This document shows, piece after piece, positions 9,571 to 17,568 of a stretch of DNA of 64,000 nt (position 1 is its first letter; the number at the start of each line of letters is the position of its first letter). This DNA comes from an uncultured Fibrobacteraceae bacterium. GTDB taxonomy: Bacteria; Krumholzibacteriota; Krumholzibacteriia; LZORAL124-64-63. A program made the position numbers and the translations under genes. The notes beneath the pieces were generated by a model. It did no database searches and had not been told where the DNA came from. It saw nothing but the letters and a program-made list of their open reading frames with translations. Location of the stretch: positions 52,489 through 116,488 of the forward strand of contig CAYYYS010000003.1 of the NCBI GenBank assembly GCA_964476155.1, written 5' to 3'.

Positions 9571-10644
9571 ATGAAACACGCTGCTAGATTCGTAGTGTTC
9601 ACCGTCGCACTGGCCACCGCCGCGATCGCCCTGCTGACCACCGGCTGCAGCGACTCCGGCGACATCCACCGCTTCGACTACCAGGTCATGGGTACCCGCG
9701 CCCAGGGCGAGATCTACGTCTGGGACCGGACCGCGCGCCACTCCCCGGTCCATCTCGTGCAGGCCACTTTCGACAGCGTGAACACCCGGCTCAGTTCGTG
9801 GAACAGCGACTCAGAAGTCGGACGCTTCAACACGGCCCCGGTCGGCACCACCTTCACGGTGTCGAAATGGTTGAGCACCTGCCTGCGCGTGAGCGAAGAA
9901 CTGGGCAAGATCAGCGGCGGCGCCTTCGATCCCAGCGCCGGGCCCTTGATGCGCCTCTGGGGCTTTCGCAGCCGACACGGTCACATCCCGACGGCAGCGG
10001 AGTTGGACTCGGCGCGGGCCCTGCTGGGCGGTTACAAGCACGACCCCTTCCAGCGCAAGCTGACCAAGACGCGCGCCGGCACCCAGATCGACCTGGGCGG
10101 CGTGGCCAAGGGCTTCGCCGTGGACCGGGCCATCGCCAACCTCATCGAGTTCGGCACCAGCAGCGCCCTGCTCGACCTGGGCAGCACCGTCTTCGCGCTC
10201 GGGTTACCCGACGACCGTGACACATGGCGCGTGGGAATACGCGATCCGCAGGACCCCGACGAGATCTTTGCCACTTTCGGCATGGTCAACCGCGCCGCCG
10301 CCACCAGCGGATCCTATGAACGCTTCGTGGTGATCGACGGGCACCGCTACGGACATATCATGAATCCCGCGACGGGACAGCCGGCCGAAGGCCTGCTCAG
10401 CGTGACCGTCATCAGCCGCTCCGCTACCCTGGCCGACGCCTTGTCCACAACCCTCTTCGTGCTCGGCCCGGCGCGGGCACAAAGTCTGCTCCATGACCAT
10501 TATCCCCACGTGGACGCCATCCTGATCCTGCCAAGCGGCGAACCCGGGCGGGCCCGCGTGATCGCCACCGAGGGACTACGCGACAACCTGCGGTTGCTTC
10601 CCGAATATCAGGATCGTTACACGCTCGAATACATGGATTTCTGA
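9571..10644 (+). CDS. apbE: FAD:protein FMN transferase (ApbE family) lipoprotein
   Basis: A signal peptide with lipobox LLTTGC is followed by the motifs GGAFDPSAGPL and DLGGVAKGFAVD and a C-terminal ATSGSYERF...HIMNP. GGTGGAGGG is the SD. Confidence 0.85.
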   Translation: MKHAARFVVFTVALATAAIALLTTGCSDSGDIHRFDYQVMGTRAQGEIYVWDRTARHSPVHLVQATFDSVNTRLSSWNSDSEVGRFNTAPVGTTFTVSKWLSTCLRVSEELGKISGGAFDPSAGPLMRLWGFRSRHGHIPTAAELDSARALLGGYKHDPFQRKLTKTRAGTQIDLGGVAKGFAVDRAIANLIEFGTSSALLDLGSTVFALGLPDDRDTWRVGIRDPQDPDEIFATFGMVNRAAATSGSYERFVVIDGHRYGHIMNPATGQPAEGLLSVTVISRSATLADALSTTLFVLGPARAQSLLHDHYPHVDAILILPSGEPGRARVIATEGLRDNLRLLPEYQDRYTLEYMDF

Positions 10645-10805
10645 GCTCTCGGCACACCCCCCGAAAGCCGCCATTCTTTCTTGGCGGCGTCACTTAAACG
10701 GTTGTACCATTCCTACGAGAATGTGGAGTCATTACGCCCGCATTCATTTATCACACAAAGTCAACCCGTTACATGCACCGGCCCGATACGCCGGCAGGGG
10801 TAACC

Positions 10806-12641
10806 ATGACAGCCGAGGTCATCAAGCAGGAAGACGTTGTCATCCGATTCGCCGGCGATTCCGGCGACGGCATGCAAATCACCGGCAGCCAGTTCACCGA
10901 CACCACGGCCAAGGTCGGCAACGACCTGGCCACCTTTCCCGATTTCCCGTCGGAAATTCGCGCCCCGGCCGGCACGCGCGCCGGTGTTTCGGGCTTCCAG
11001 ATCCGTTTTAGTTCGGGGGATATTTTCACACCCGGCGACACGCCCGACGTGCTGGTGGCCATGAACCCGGCCGCGCTGATCACCAACTACCAGGACCTGA
11101 AGCCTGGCGGCATCGTCATCGCCAACACCGGCGCCTTTACCGACAGGGATCTGAAGAAGGCGCAGTTGGAGAACAACCCCCTCAAGGACGGCACGCTCAA
11201 GGCCTACCGGATCATCGAGATCGACATCAACAAGCGAGTGGCGCAGGCGCTCGTCGATTCGACCCTGAGCAAGAAGGACATTCTCCGCTGCAAGAACTTC
11301 TATACCCTGGGGTTGATGTACTGGCTGTTCAGCCGTCCCGTCGAACCCACCATCGAATGGCTCGAAAAGAAGTTCGTCAAGAAGCCGGAGCTGATCGAAG
11401 CCAACCAGACAGCGCTGATGGCCGGTTACAATGCCGGCGACATCCACGAGTTCTTCCAGGGGCGCTATACCGTGGCTCCCGTGGACGACATACCGCCCGG
11501 CACCTACCGCAACATCATGGGCAACGAGGCCCTGGCGCTGGGTCTGACCGTCGGCGCCGACTTGGCGGGTTGCCAGGCTTTCCTGGGCTCGTATCCCATC
11601 ACACCGGCGACCGATATCCTGCAGCACATGGCGGCCATGAAGGATCACGGCGTGATCACCTGTCAGATGGAGGACGAGATCGCGGGTATCTGCACCGCCA
11701 TCGGCGCGTCCTTTACGGGCAAGCTGGGCATGACGACGACCTCGGGTCCCGGCCTGGCGCTGAAAGCCGAGGCGCTCGGCCTCGCCGTGATGACGGAGCT
11801 GCCGCTGGTCGTGGTCAACGTCCAGCGGGCGGGACCGTCCACCGGCATGCCCACCAAGGTCGAGCAGTCCGATCTGAACCAGGCCCTCTATGGGCGTAAC
11901 GGAGAAGCCCCCATTCCGGTGATTTCCTGCGCCTCGCCTTCGGATGCGTTCGATTGCGCCCGCGAGGCCTGTCGCCTCGCCGTCGAATACATGACGCCCG
12001 TCCTGCTGTTGAGTGACAACTACATCGCCAACGGCACCGAACCGTGGCGATTGCCGGACCTGGACGATCTGAAACCGTTCAAGGTCAGCCGGATCGACTC
12101 CGCCGAAGACTTCCAACCCTACGGACGGGACGATCGCCTGGTGCGGCCCTGGGCCGTGCCGGGAACACCGGGTCTGGAGCACCGCATCGGCGGCCTGGAG
12201 AAGGAAGATCTGACGGGTAGCGTGAGTTACGATCCCGAGAACCACCAGAAGATGGTTCAGTACCGTTTGGACAAGGTGCTCGGCATCCGGGACACCATTC
12301 CCGTGCCCGAAGTGGATGGCGCCGAGACAGGCGACGTTCTCGTGATCGGTTGGGGCTCCACATACGGCGCTATCCGCACGGCCGTGGCCCGGCCGGAGAA
12401 ACCGGAGCAGCGTGTCGGGCATCTGCACCTGCGACACATCTTCCCCTTGCCTCCCGGTGTCGAGGATATCTTTGGCCGATTCAAGAAGATCCTGGTCCCC
12501 GAACTCAACATGGGGCAGTTGGCCAGGTACCTGACCGGCGAGTACCCGCAATTCCGTTTCGAAACGCTGTCGAAGGTCATGGGCAAGCCCCTGAAGGCCG
12601 CCGAGATCCGCGCCCGCGTCACCGCCATGCTGGAGGAGTAG
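10806..12641 (+). CDS. korA: 2-oxoacid:ferredoxin oxidoreductase subunit alpha (gamma-alpha fused; KorA/OorA type)
   Basis: The N-terminal gamma-like domain (VIRFAGDSGDGMQITGSQF) is fused to the alpha domain (GNEALALGLTVGADLAG...YPITPATDI...VNVQRAGPSTGMPTKVEQSDL). Substrate specificity (2-oxoglutarate versus another 2-oxoacid) cannot be decided from sequence alone. Confidence 0.85.
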   Translation: MTAEVIKQEDVVIRFAGDSGDGMQITGSQFTDTTAKVGNDLATFPDFPSEIRAPAGTRAGVSGFQIRFSSGDIFTPGDTPDVLVAMNPAALITNYQDLKPGGIVIANTGAFTDRDLKKAQLENNPLKDGTLKAYRIIEIDINKRVAQALVDSTLSKKDILRCKNFYTLGLMYWLFSRPVEPTIEWLEKKFVKKPELIEANQTALMAGYNAGDIHEFFQGRYTVAPVDDIPPGTYRNIMGNEALALGLTVGADLAGCQAFLGSYPITPATDILQHMAAMKDHGVITCQMEDEIAGICTAIGASFTGKLGMTTTSGPGLALKAEALGLAVMTELPLVVVNVQRAGPSTGMPTKVEQSDLNQALYGRNGEAPIPVISCASPSDAFDCAREACRLAVEYMTPVLLLSDNYIANGTEPWRLPDLDDLKPFKVSRIDSAEDFQPYGRDDRLVRPWAVPGTPGLEHRIGGLEKEDLTGSVSYDPENHQKMVQYRLDKVLGIRDTIPVPEVDGAETGDVLVIGWGSTYGAIRTAVARPEKPEQRVGHLHLRHIFPLPPGVEDIFGRFKKILVPELNMGQLARYLTGEYPQFRFETLSKVMGKPLKAAEIRARVTAMLEE

Positions 12642-12643
12642 TC

Positions 12644-13639
12644 ATGAGCCCCACCGAACTGAAACCCAAGGATCTGCGCTCCAACCAGGAAATCCGCTGG
12701 TGTCCCGGTTGCGGCGACTACGCCGTGCTCAACGCGACCCAGCAGGCCCTGGCGGAGATCGGCGTGCCCAAGGAACAGATCATGGTCGTGTCGGGCATCG
12801 GCTGCTCGAGCCGCTTTCCCTACTACATGGACACTTATGGCTTCCACAGTATCCACGGTCGCGCCCTGGCCTTCGCCACGGGTATCAAGACCGCCAACCC
12901 GGACCTGTCGGTCTGGGTAGCCACAGGCGACGGGGACGCCATGTCCATCGGGGGTAACCACCTGATCCACGCCCTGCGCCGCAACGTGAACGTGAAGATC
13001 CTGATGTTCAACAACGAAATCTACGGTTTGACCAAGGGACAGTATTCGCCCACCAGTCCGAAGGGTAAAAAGACGAAGACCTCCCCCTTCGGTTCGATCG
13101 ACCATCCCTTCCATCCCATCGAATTGGCTCTGGGCGCCGGTGCTACCTTCGTGGCCCGCACCATGGACACGCAGCCGAAACACATGAAGAAGGTGTTGCT
13201 GGCGGCCGCGGCCCACAAGGGGGCGGCTTTCGTCGAAATCTGGCAGAACTGCGTGATTTTCAACAACGGAGCCTTCAAGAACTGGACGTCCAAGGAAACG
13301 CGGGCCGAGCACACCGTCGACATGGTCGCCGGCGAACCGCTGGTCTTCGGGGCCGACAGGGACAAGGGCCTCATGGTCGATTGTCACGGCACGAATATCG
13401 TCTCCCCCGAGAACGCCACGGTTTGGGATCCCTCGACACCCACACCGGTTCCCGGCTTCCTGATGGCGGATCTCGATCGTTACGATGATCTCCCCCGTGC
13501 GATCGGCATCTTCCGCGACGTGGAGACGGAGACCTACGAAGACGCCATCCACAGGCAGGTCGACCGGGTCATCGACAGCAAGGGCCCCGGCACCCTCGAG
13601 AATCTGCTGTACACGCCAGACACCTGGACGGTGGACTGA
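12644..13639 (+). CDS. korB: 2-oxoacid:ferredoxin oxidoreductase subunit beta (TPP-binding)
   Basis: Starts 3 nt after the korA stop. Shows IRWCPGCGDY, the TPP-binding GDGDAMSIGGNH motif and NNEIYGLTKGQ. Confidence 0.9.
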   Translation: MSPTELKPKDLRSNQEIRWCPGCGDYAVLNATQQALAEIGVPKEQIMVVSGIGCSSRFPYYMDTYGFHSIHGRALAFATGIKTANPDLSVWVATGDGDAMSIGGNHLIHALRRNVNVKILMFNNEIYGLTKGQYSPTSPKGKKTKTSPFGSIDHPFHPIELALGAGATFVARTMDTQPKHMKKVLLAAAAHKGAAFVEIWQNCVIFNNGAFKNWTSKETRAEHTVDMVAGEPLVFGADRDKGLMVDCHGTNIVSPENATVWDPSTPTPVPGFLMADLDRYDDLPRAIGIFRDVETETYEDAIHRQVDRVIDSKGPGTLENLLYTPDTWTVD

Positions 13640-13660
13640 CGTCCGCTCCTCCCCTCGCAT

Positions 13661-13694
13661 GAAGACGGCGCCGCCGACCCGCGGCGCCGTCTTC
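13661..13694 (+). terminator. strong hairpin downstream of korB (possible intrinsic terminator)
   Basis: GAAGACGGCGCCGC-cgaccc-GCGGCGCCGTCTTC is a 14-bp perfect stem. It has no obvious U-tract, hence the low confidence. Confidence 0.4.
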
Positions 13695-13785
13695 GCGTCC
13701 GGCTAATCGTGTCGATCGTTGACAAGCGAGGACCCGCATCGGTACGCTGCGCCAACTATCGAACATGATCCTGAGGGGAGTATGG

Positions 13786-15177
13786 ATGACACAGCAACGC
13801 GGGCAATGGAGCGGACGGCTCGGATTCATCCTCGCCGCGGCGGGCAGCGCCGTCGGCCTGGGCAATCTCTGGAAGTTCCCCTATATCGCCTACGAGAACT
13901 CCGGCGGCGCCTTCGTGATCGTCTACATCGGCGCGGTGGCCCTGGTGGGGCTGCCCATCATGGTGTCCGAAATCGTCCTGGGACGGAGCAGCAAGCTCAG
14001 TCCCGTCGGCGCCTTCAAGCTGCTGGGAGCGGGTCGCCCGGGCGGCGCCCTTTGGACCGGCGCGGGTATGCTCGGTGTGATCACAGGCTTCGTGATCCTC
14101 TCGTACTACTGCGTGATCGCCGGCTGGACCCTGCGCTATATACTGATGGCCATCGGCGGCCAGCTGGGCGAATTGGCCTCGACGACCACGGGGCTCGAGG
14201 ATTTCTTCGGCGGCTTCCTCGCCAGCGGACCACAGCAGACTCTCTGGTACACCCTGTTCATGTCCCTGACCGTGGGCATCGTGTTTTTCGGCGTGAAGCG
14301 CGGTATCGAACGTGTGGCCCTGGTTTTGGTGCCGATCCTCATCGCGATCCTGATCGCGCTGGCGATCTACGCCACGACCACCGACGGTTTCGGACGGGCC
14401 ATGACCTTCCTCTTCCGCCCCAACTTCAGCGAGCTGAGCCGGGGCGCGGTTCTCGAAGCCCTCGGCCACAGCTTCTTCACGCTGAGTCTCGGCATGGGCG
14501 CCATGCTGACCTACGGCAGCTACATGCGGCGTCAGGACTCCATTCCCCGCGCGGCGCTGACGATCAGCATCCTGGACACGGCCATCGCCCTGTTGGCCTG
14601 CGTGATAATGTTCTCGATCATCTTCAGCTTCGACCTGGAAGTGCGCAAGAGCTCCACGATCCTGTTCACCACCCTGCCCCTGGTCTTTTTCAAGCTGCCG
14701 GGCGGATCGTTGATCAGCGCGATCTTCTATCTGCTGGTGGCCGTGGCGGCCCTGACCAGCACGATCAGCCTGCTGGAAGTGGTTACGAGCTTCGCCATCG
14801 ATCAGCTCAAGTGGACGCGTCGCCAGGCGGTGTTGGCCATGGGCGGATCCATCTATGTTTTCGGCGTGCTCAGCGCCTGGAGTTTCGGCGGCAGCGCGAC
14901 ACTATCGGAGATCAACCTGATCGGGCGGGAATCGACGGCCGGCATCTTCGGAACGCTGGACTATCTGGCGAGCAACTGGTTCCTGCCGGTGGGCGGATTC
15001 CTGATCGCGTTGTTCACGGGGTGGGTGTTGTTGGGCAAGACTGCGCGCGAGGAGTTGGAAGAGGGCCATGGGCCCTTTGCCCTGTTCGACGGTTGGCGGG
15101 TGCTGGTGCGCTTCGTCGCACCGCTGGTGGTCGGGGCGATCATCGTCAGCGTAATCCTGGGTGCGGAATACCAGTAA
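13786..15177 (+). CDS. sodium-dependent transporter, neurotransmitter:sodium symporter (NSS/SNF) family
   Basis: The GLGNLWKFPY motif is present with about 11-12 predicted TM helices. A GAGGGGAG SD precedes the ATG at 13786. A possible TTGACA -35 lies at 13719. Confidence 0.85.
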   Translation: MTQQRGQWSGRLGFILAAAGSAVGLGNLWKFPYIAYENSGGAFVIVYIGAVALVGLPIMVSEIVLGRSSKLSPVGAFKLLGAGRPGGALWTGAGMLGVITGFVILSYYCVIAGWTLRYILMAIGGQLGELASTTTGLEDFFGGFLASGPQQTLWYTLFMSLTVGIVFFGVKRGIERVALVLVPILIAILIALAIYATTTDGFGRAMTFLFRPNFSELSRGAVLEALGHSFFTLSLGMGAMLTYGSYMRRQDSIPRAALTISILDTAIALLACVIMFSIIFSFDLEVRKSSTILFTTLPLVFFKLPGGSLISAIFYLLVAVAALTSTISLLEVVTSFAIDQLKWTRRQAVLAMGGSIYVFGVLSAWSFGGSATLSEINLIGRESTAGIFGTLDYLASNWFLPVGGFLIALFTGWVLLGKTAREELEEGHGPFALFDGWRVLVRFVAPLVVGAIIVSVILGAEYQ

Positions 15178-15197
15178 CCATGTCTCCTGAAAATACA

Positions 15198-15226
15198 AGA
15201 GGCCCGGCTCTATCGGTCGGGCCTCT
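15198..15226. terminator. hairpin between convergent transporter and cco operon ends
   Basis: AGAGGCCCG-gctctatcggt-CGGGCCTCT is a 9-bp stem located between convergent gene ends. Confidence 0.35.
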
Positions 15227-15247
15227 CGCCATCGATATCGAGTCGAT

Positions 15248-15369
15248 CAGTTGACCAGGATCGGCTTCTGGTAGATGGAGATCATCACGAACGCCAGGTT
15301 CACCCCAATCATGAACAAGAAGAAAAATACGATCCAGATCCAGGGGTTGCGCTTCATCCACCGCCACAT
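15248..15369 (-). CDS. small membrane ORF resembling only the N-terminal TM helix of FixH/CcoH
   Basis: Begins 2 nt after the ccoG stop (translationally coupled). The translation MWRWMKRNPWIWIVFFFLFMIGVNLAFVMISIYQKPILVN resembles the KRNPWPW...TM start of FixH-family proteins but is only 40 aa. It is below the cutoff of the supplied ORF track. Confidence 0.35.
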
Positions 15370-15371
15370 GG

Positions 15372-16775
15372 TCAAGGCCCCCGGAAAGTGATCGAGAGAT
15401 CTATGAAGTTGCCCGTCAAGGAGTCGGTCACCGACAGGACGATGGGAAACGGTCCGGTGAAATCCTGCTTGGCAAGATACATGAATATCGGCGCGTTGCC
15501 GTCCTGCAGCCCATCGAGTCGCAGCGTACTCTGGGGGATGATCATATCCAGATCCCGGCCCTCACTGTCCTTCAGGGCGATGAGATAGGTATTGGGATGA
15601 TCATCCTTGTTCTGGATATGCAGACTGACCAGGTTGCGGATGCGATCCCCCTCGATCACATAGGGCATCCCCCTGGCGCGCAGCGCGTTGGCGTGAAAAC
15701 TTTCGCGGCTTCCAATCGACAACAGGGCCACGATCAATCCCAACACCCCCATGAAAGTGTAGATGAAGAAGCGCGGTCGCAAGAGTTTCCGGCGACCTTC
15801 ACCGCGAAACGAACGTTGGGAGTCGTAGCGGACCAGCCCCCGCGGCTTACCGATTTTGGTCATTATGTCGTCGCAGGCGTCGATGCAGTTCGCGCAACCG
15901 ACACACTCCATCTGAAGACCGTTGCGGATGTCGATGCCGGTGGGACAGACGTCGACGCAACGGTAGCAATCCACACAATCGCCGCCTTCGCCCACACCCT
16001 TGTGCCGGGGTTCGCCGCGCTGCGCGTCGTAGCCGATGATGATCGTGTCCTCGTCGATCAGCGCCGACTGGAGCCGGCCGTAGGGACAGATGACGATGCA
16101 GGTCTGCTCACGGAACCAACTGTAGTTGAAATACAGGATCAGGGTCCAGAAGGTGGTCCAGCCGAAGGCCGACTTGTGGTTGCCCGGGTTCTCCCATACC
16201 GCCTGGATCAGTTCCCGTACGGGCAGAAAATAGGACAGGAAGATGTGTGCAATCAGCGAGGAGCCCGCCAGGATCAGTATGTGTTTCAGAAACTTGCGGA
16301 AGACCCTGTCCGCGGTCATGGGGCCGCGGTCGCGCCGCATACGCGTAATGCGCGGGCCCTCGATAAGACGCTCCAGTTTCCGGAAGACACCCTCCAGGAA
16401 AACGGTCTGGGGACAGACGTAGCCGCAGAAGACGCGTCCCCAAAGAGCGGTCACCACGAAGAGGCTGAAGCCGATCCCCGTGAGGACGAAGAACATCAGG
16501 TAGAAATCCTGATTAGTGAAAGTGAGGCCGAAGAGATGCGCCACGCGGTCGGGAAGATCCACGTGAATCAACGGATAACCACCGACCTGCAGCCACGGCA
16601 TCAGGGCGTAGATCATGATCAGCAAAGGGAAGGCGAGGTTCTTGAGCACTTGCCAATAGCCCCGCACATCGGCCGGGTGGATGACGTTGCGGGAACCGTC
16701 GGTATTGATGCTGTAGACCGTATCAAGATCGGGGCGCCGCTTGTGCGGCGCCCCCTTCTTGGCTTGATCAGCCAT
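15372..16775 (-). CDS. ccoG: cytochrome c oxidase accessory protein CcoG/FixG (4Fe-4S polyferredoxin)
   Basis: WGRVFCGYVCPQT, the two ferredoxin motifs CVDCYRCVDVCP and CVGCANCIDACD, the TM topology and a C-terminal beta domain all match CcoG. The start is the Met at 16775 (MADQAKKG). Confidence 0.85.
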   Translation of the reverse strand: MADQAKKGAPHKRRPDLDTVYSINTDGSRNVIHPADVRGYWQVLKNLAFPLLIMIYALMPWLQVGGYPLIHVDLPDRVAHLFGLTFTNQDFYLMFFVLTGIGFSLFVVTALWGRVFCGYVCPQTVFLEGVFRKLERLIEGPRITRMRRDRGPMTADRVFRKFLKHILILAGSSLIAHIFLSYFLPVRELIQAVWENPGNHKSAFGWTTFWTLILYFNYSWFREQTCIVICPYGRLQSALIDEDTIIIGYDAQRGEPRHKGVGEGGDCVDCYRCVDVCPTGIDIRNGLQMECVGCANCIDACDDIMTKIGKPRGLVRYDSQRSFRGEGRRKLLRPRFFIYTFMGVLGLIVALLSIGSRESFHANALRARGMPYVIEGDRIRNLVSLHIQNKDDHPNTYLIALKDSEGRDLDMIIPQSTLRLDGLQDGNAPIFMYLAKQDFTGPFPIVLSVTDSLTGNFIDLSITFRGP

Positions 16776-17370
16776 TGCCGGCCTCCGCTTCCGGAGCAGC
16801 CTCATCACCTACGACTTCCAGCTCACCCTCAGGAGCCTTGCCCGCTACATCTGTGTTCTTGATGCTCAGGACAAAGGCCACCAGGTTCTGCACCCGGGTG
16901 GGGCCAAGTTGGCCGCCCCATGCGGCCATGCCCTTGGCGGGCACACCATCGGTAACGATTTTGAGGATGTTCGTGGGCTTGCCGCCGTGTACCCAGTACC
17001 CGTCGGTCAGGTTCGGGCCGACCAGGCCCTGCCCCTGGTCCAGGTGGCAGACTACGCAATAGGTCGTGAAGAGCTGTCGCCCTTCGGCCACGGTCTCGGG
17101 CATTGTTGCCATCAAGGCGAGCCTCTCGTCGGTTATGCCTCCCTCGGACATCCTGGCGAGTTGGGCCTCCGCCGCCGCGATCATCTCCTTGTCGTACTTG
17201 GCCAACGGCAGATCCACGATCTGGAACGTGTGGAAGACGAGCCAGTAACCCAGGGCGAAGATGCAGGAGCCGAATAGAATGAAGAGCCACCAGTTGGGCA
17301 ACCGGTTGTCATACTCCTCGATCCCGTCGTATGTATGCCCGCGTAGTTCGTCGGGCCTGTATTCGCTCAT
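16768..17370 (-). CDS. ccoP: cbb3-type cytochrome c oxidase subunit III (CcoP), monoheme form
   Basis: The N-terminus YDGIEEYDNRLPNWWLFILF matches the CcoP signature. Only a single CVVCH heme-binding motif is present. Confidence 0.8.
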   Translation of the reverse strand: MSEYRPDELRGHTYDGIEEYDNRLPNWWLFILFGSCIFALGYWLVFHTFQIVDLPLAKYDKEMIAAAEAQLARMSEGGITDERLALMATMPETVAEGRQLFTTYCVVCHLDQGQGLVGPNLTDGYWVHGGKPTNILKIVTDGVPAKGMAAWGGQLGPTRVQNLVAFVLSIKNTDVAGKAPEGELEVVGDEAAPEAEAGNG

Positions 17371-17567
17371 TCCTGTACTCCCTCTGCTTCGGGGGTCGCA
17401 TCGGCGGCGTCATCGAGCGGCAACGAGGCCATTCGCTTTACCTCATCGCTCTTGCGCAACACCACGAAGACATAGAACAACACCGCTATGAAAGCGATGA
17501 CGAAGATCACCAAACCCACCAACGGCCATACCAGAAACTTGTTGTCCTGGAAAAACCACTGGAACAT
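17367..17567 (-). CDS. ccoQ: cbb3 oxidase small subunit CcoQ/FixQ-like
   Basis: A 66-aa single-TM protein located between ccoNO and ccoP. The call rests on position and size. Confidence 0.5.
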   Translation of the reverse strand: MFQWFFQDNKFLVWPLVGLVIFVIAFIAVLFYVFVVLRKSDEVKRMASLPLDDAADATPEAEGVQE

Positions 17568-17568
17568 C

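Noticed and set aside
10761-13660. Long minus-strand ORFs (596 aa and 467 aa) antisense to korA and korB
   Set aside because: The korAB frames carry unmistakable TPP-enzyme motifs. The antisense ORFs are stop-free only because of GC-rich codon structure.
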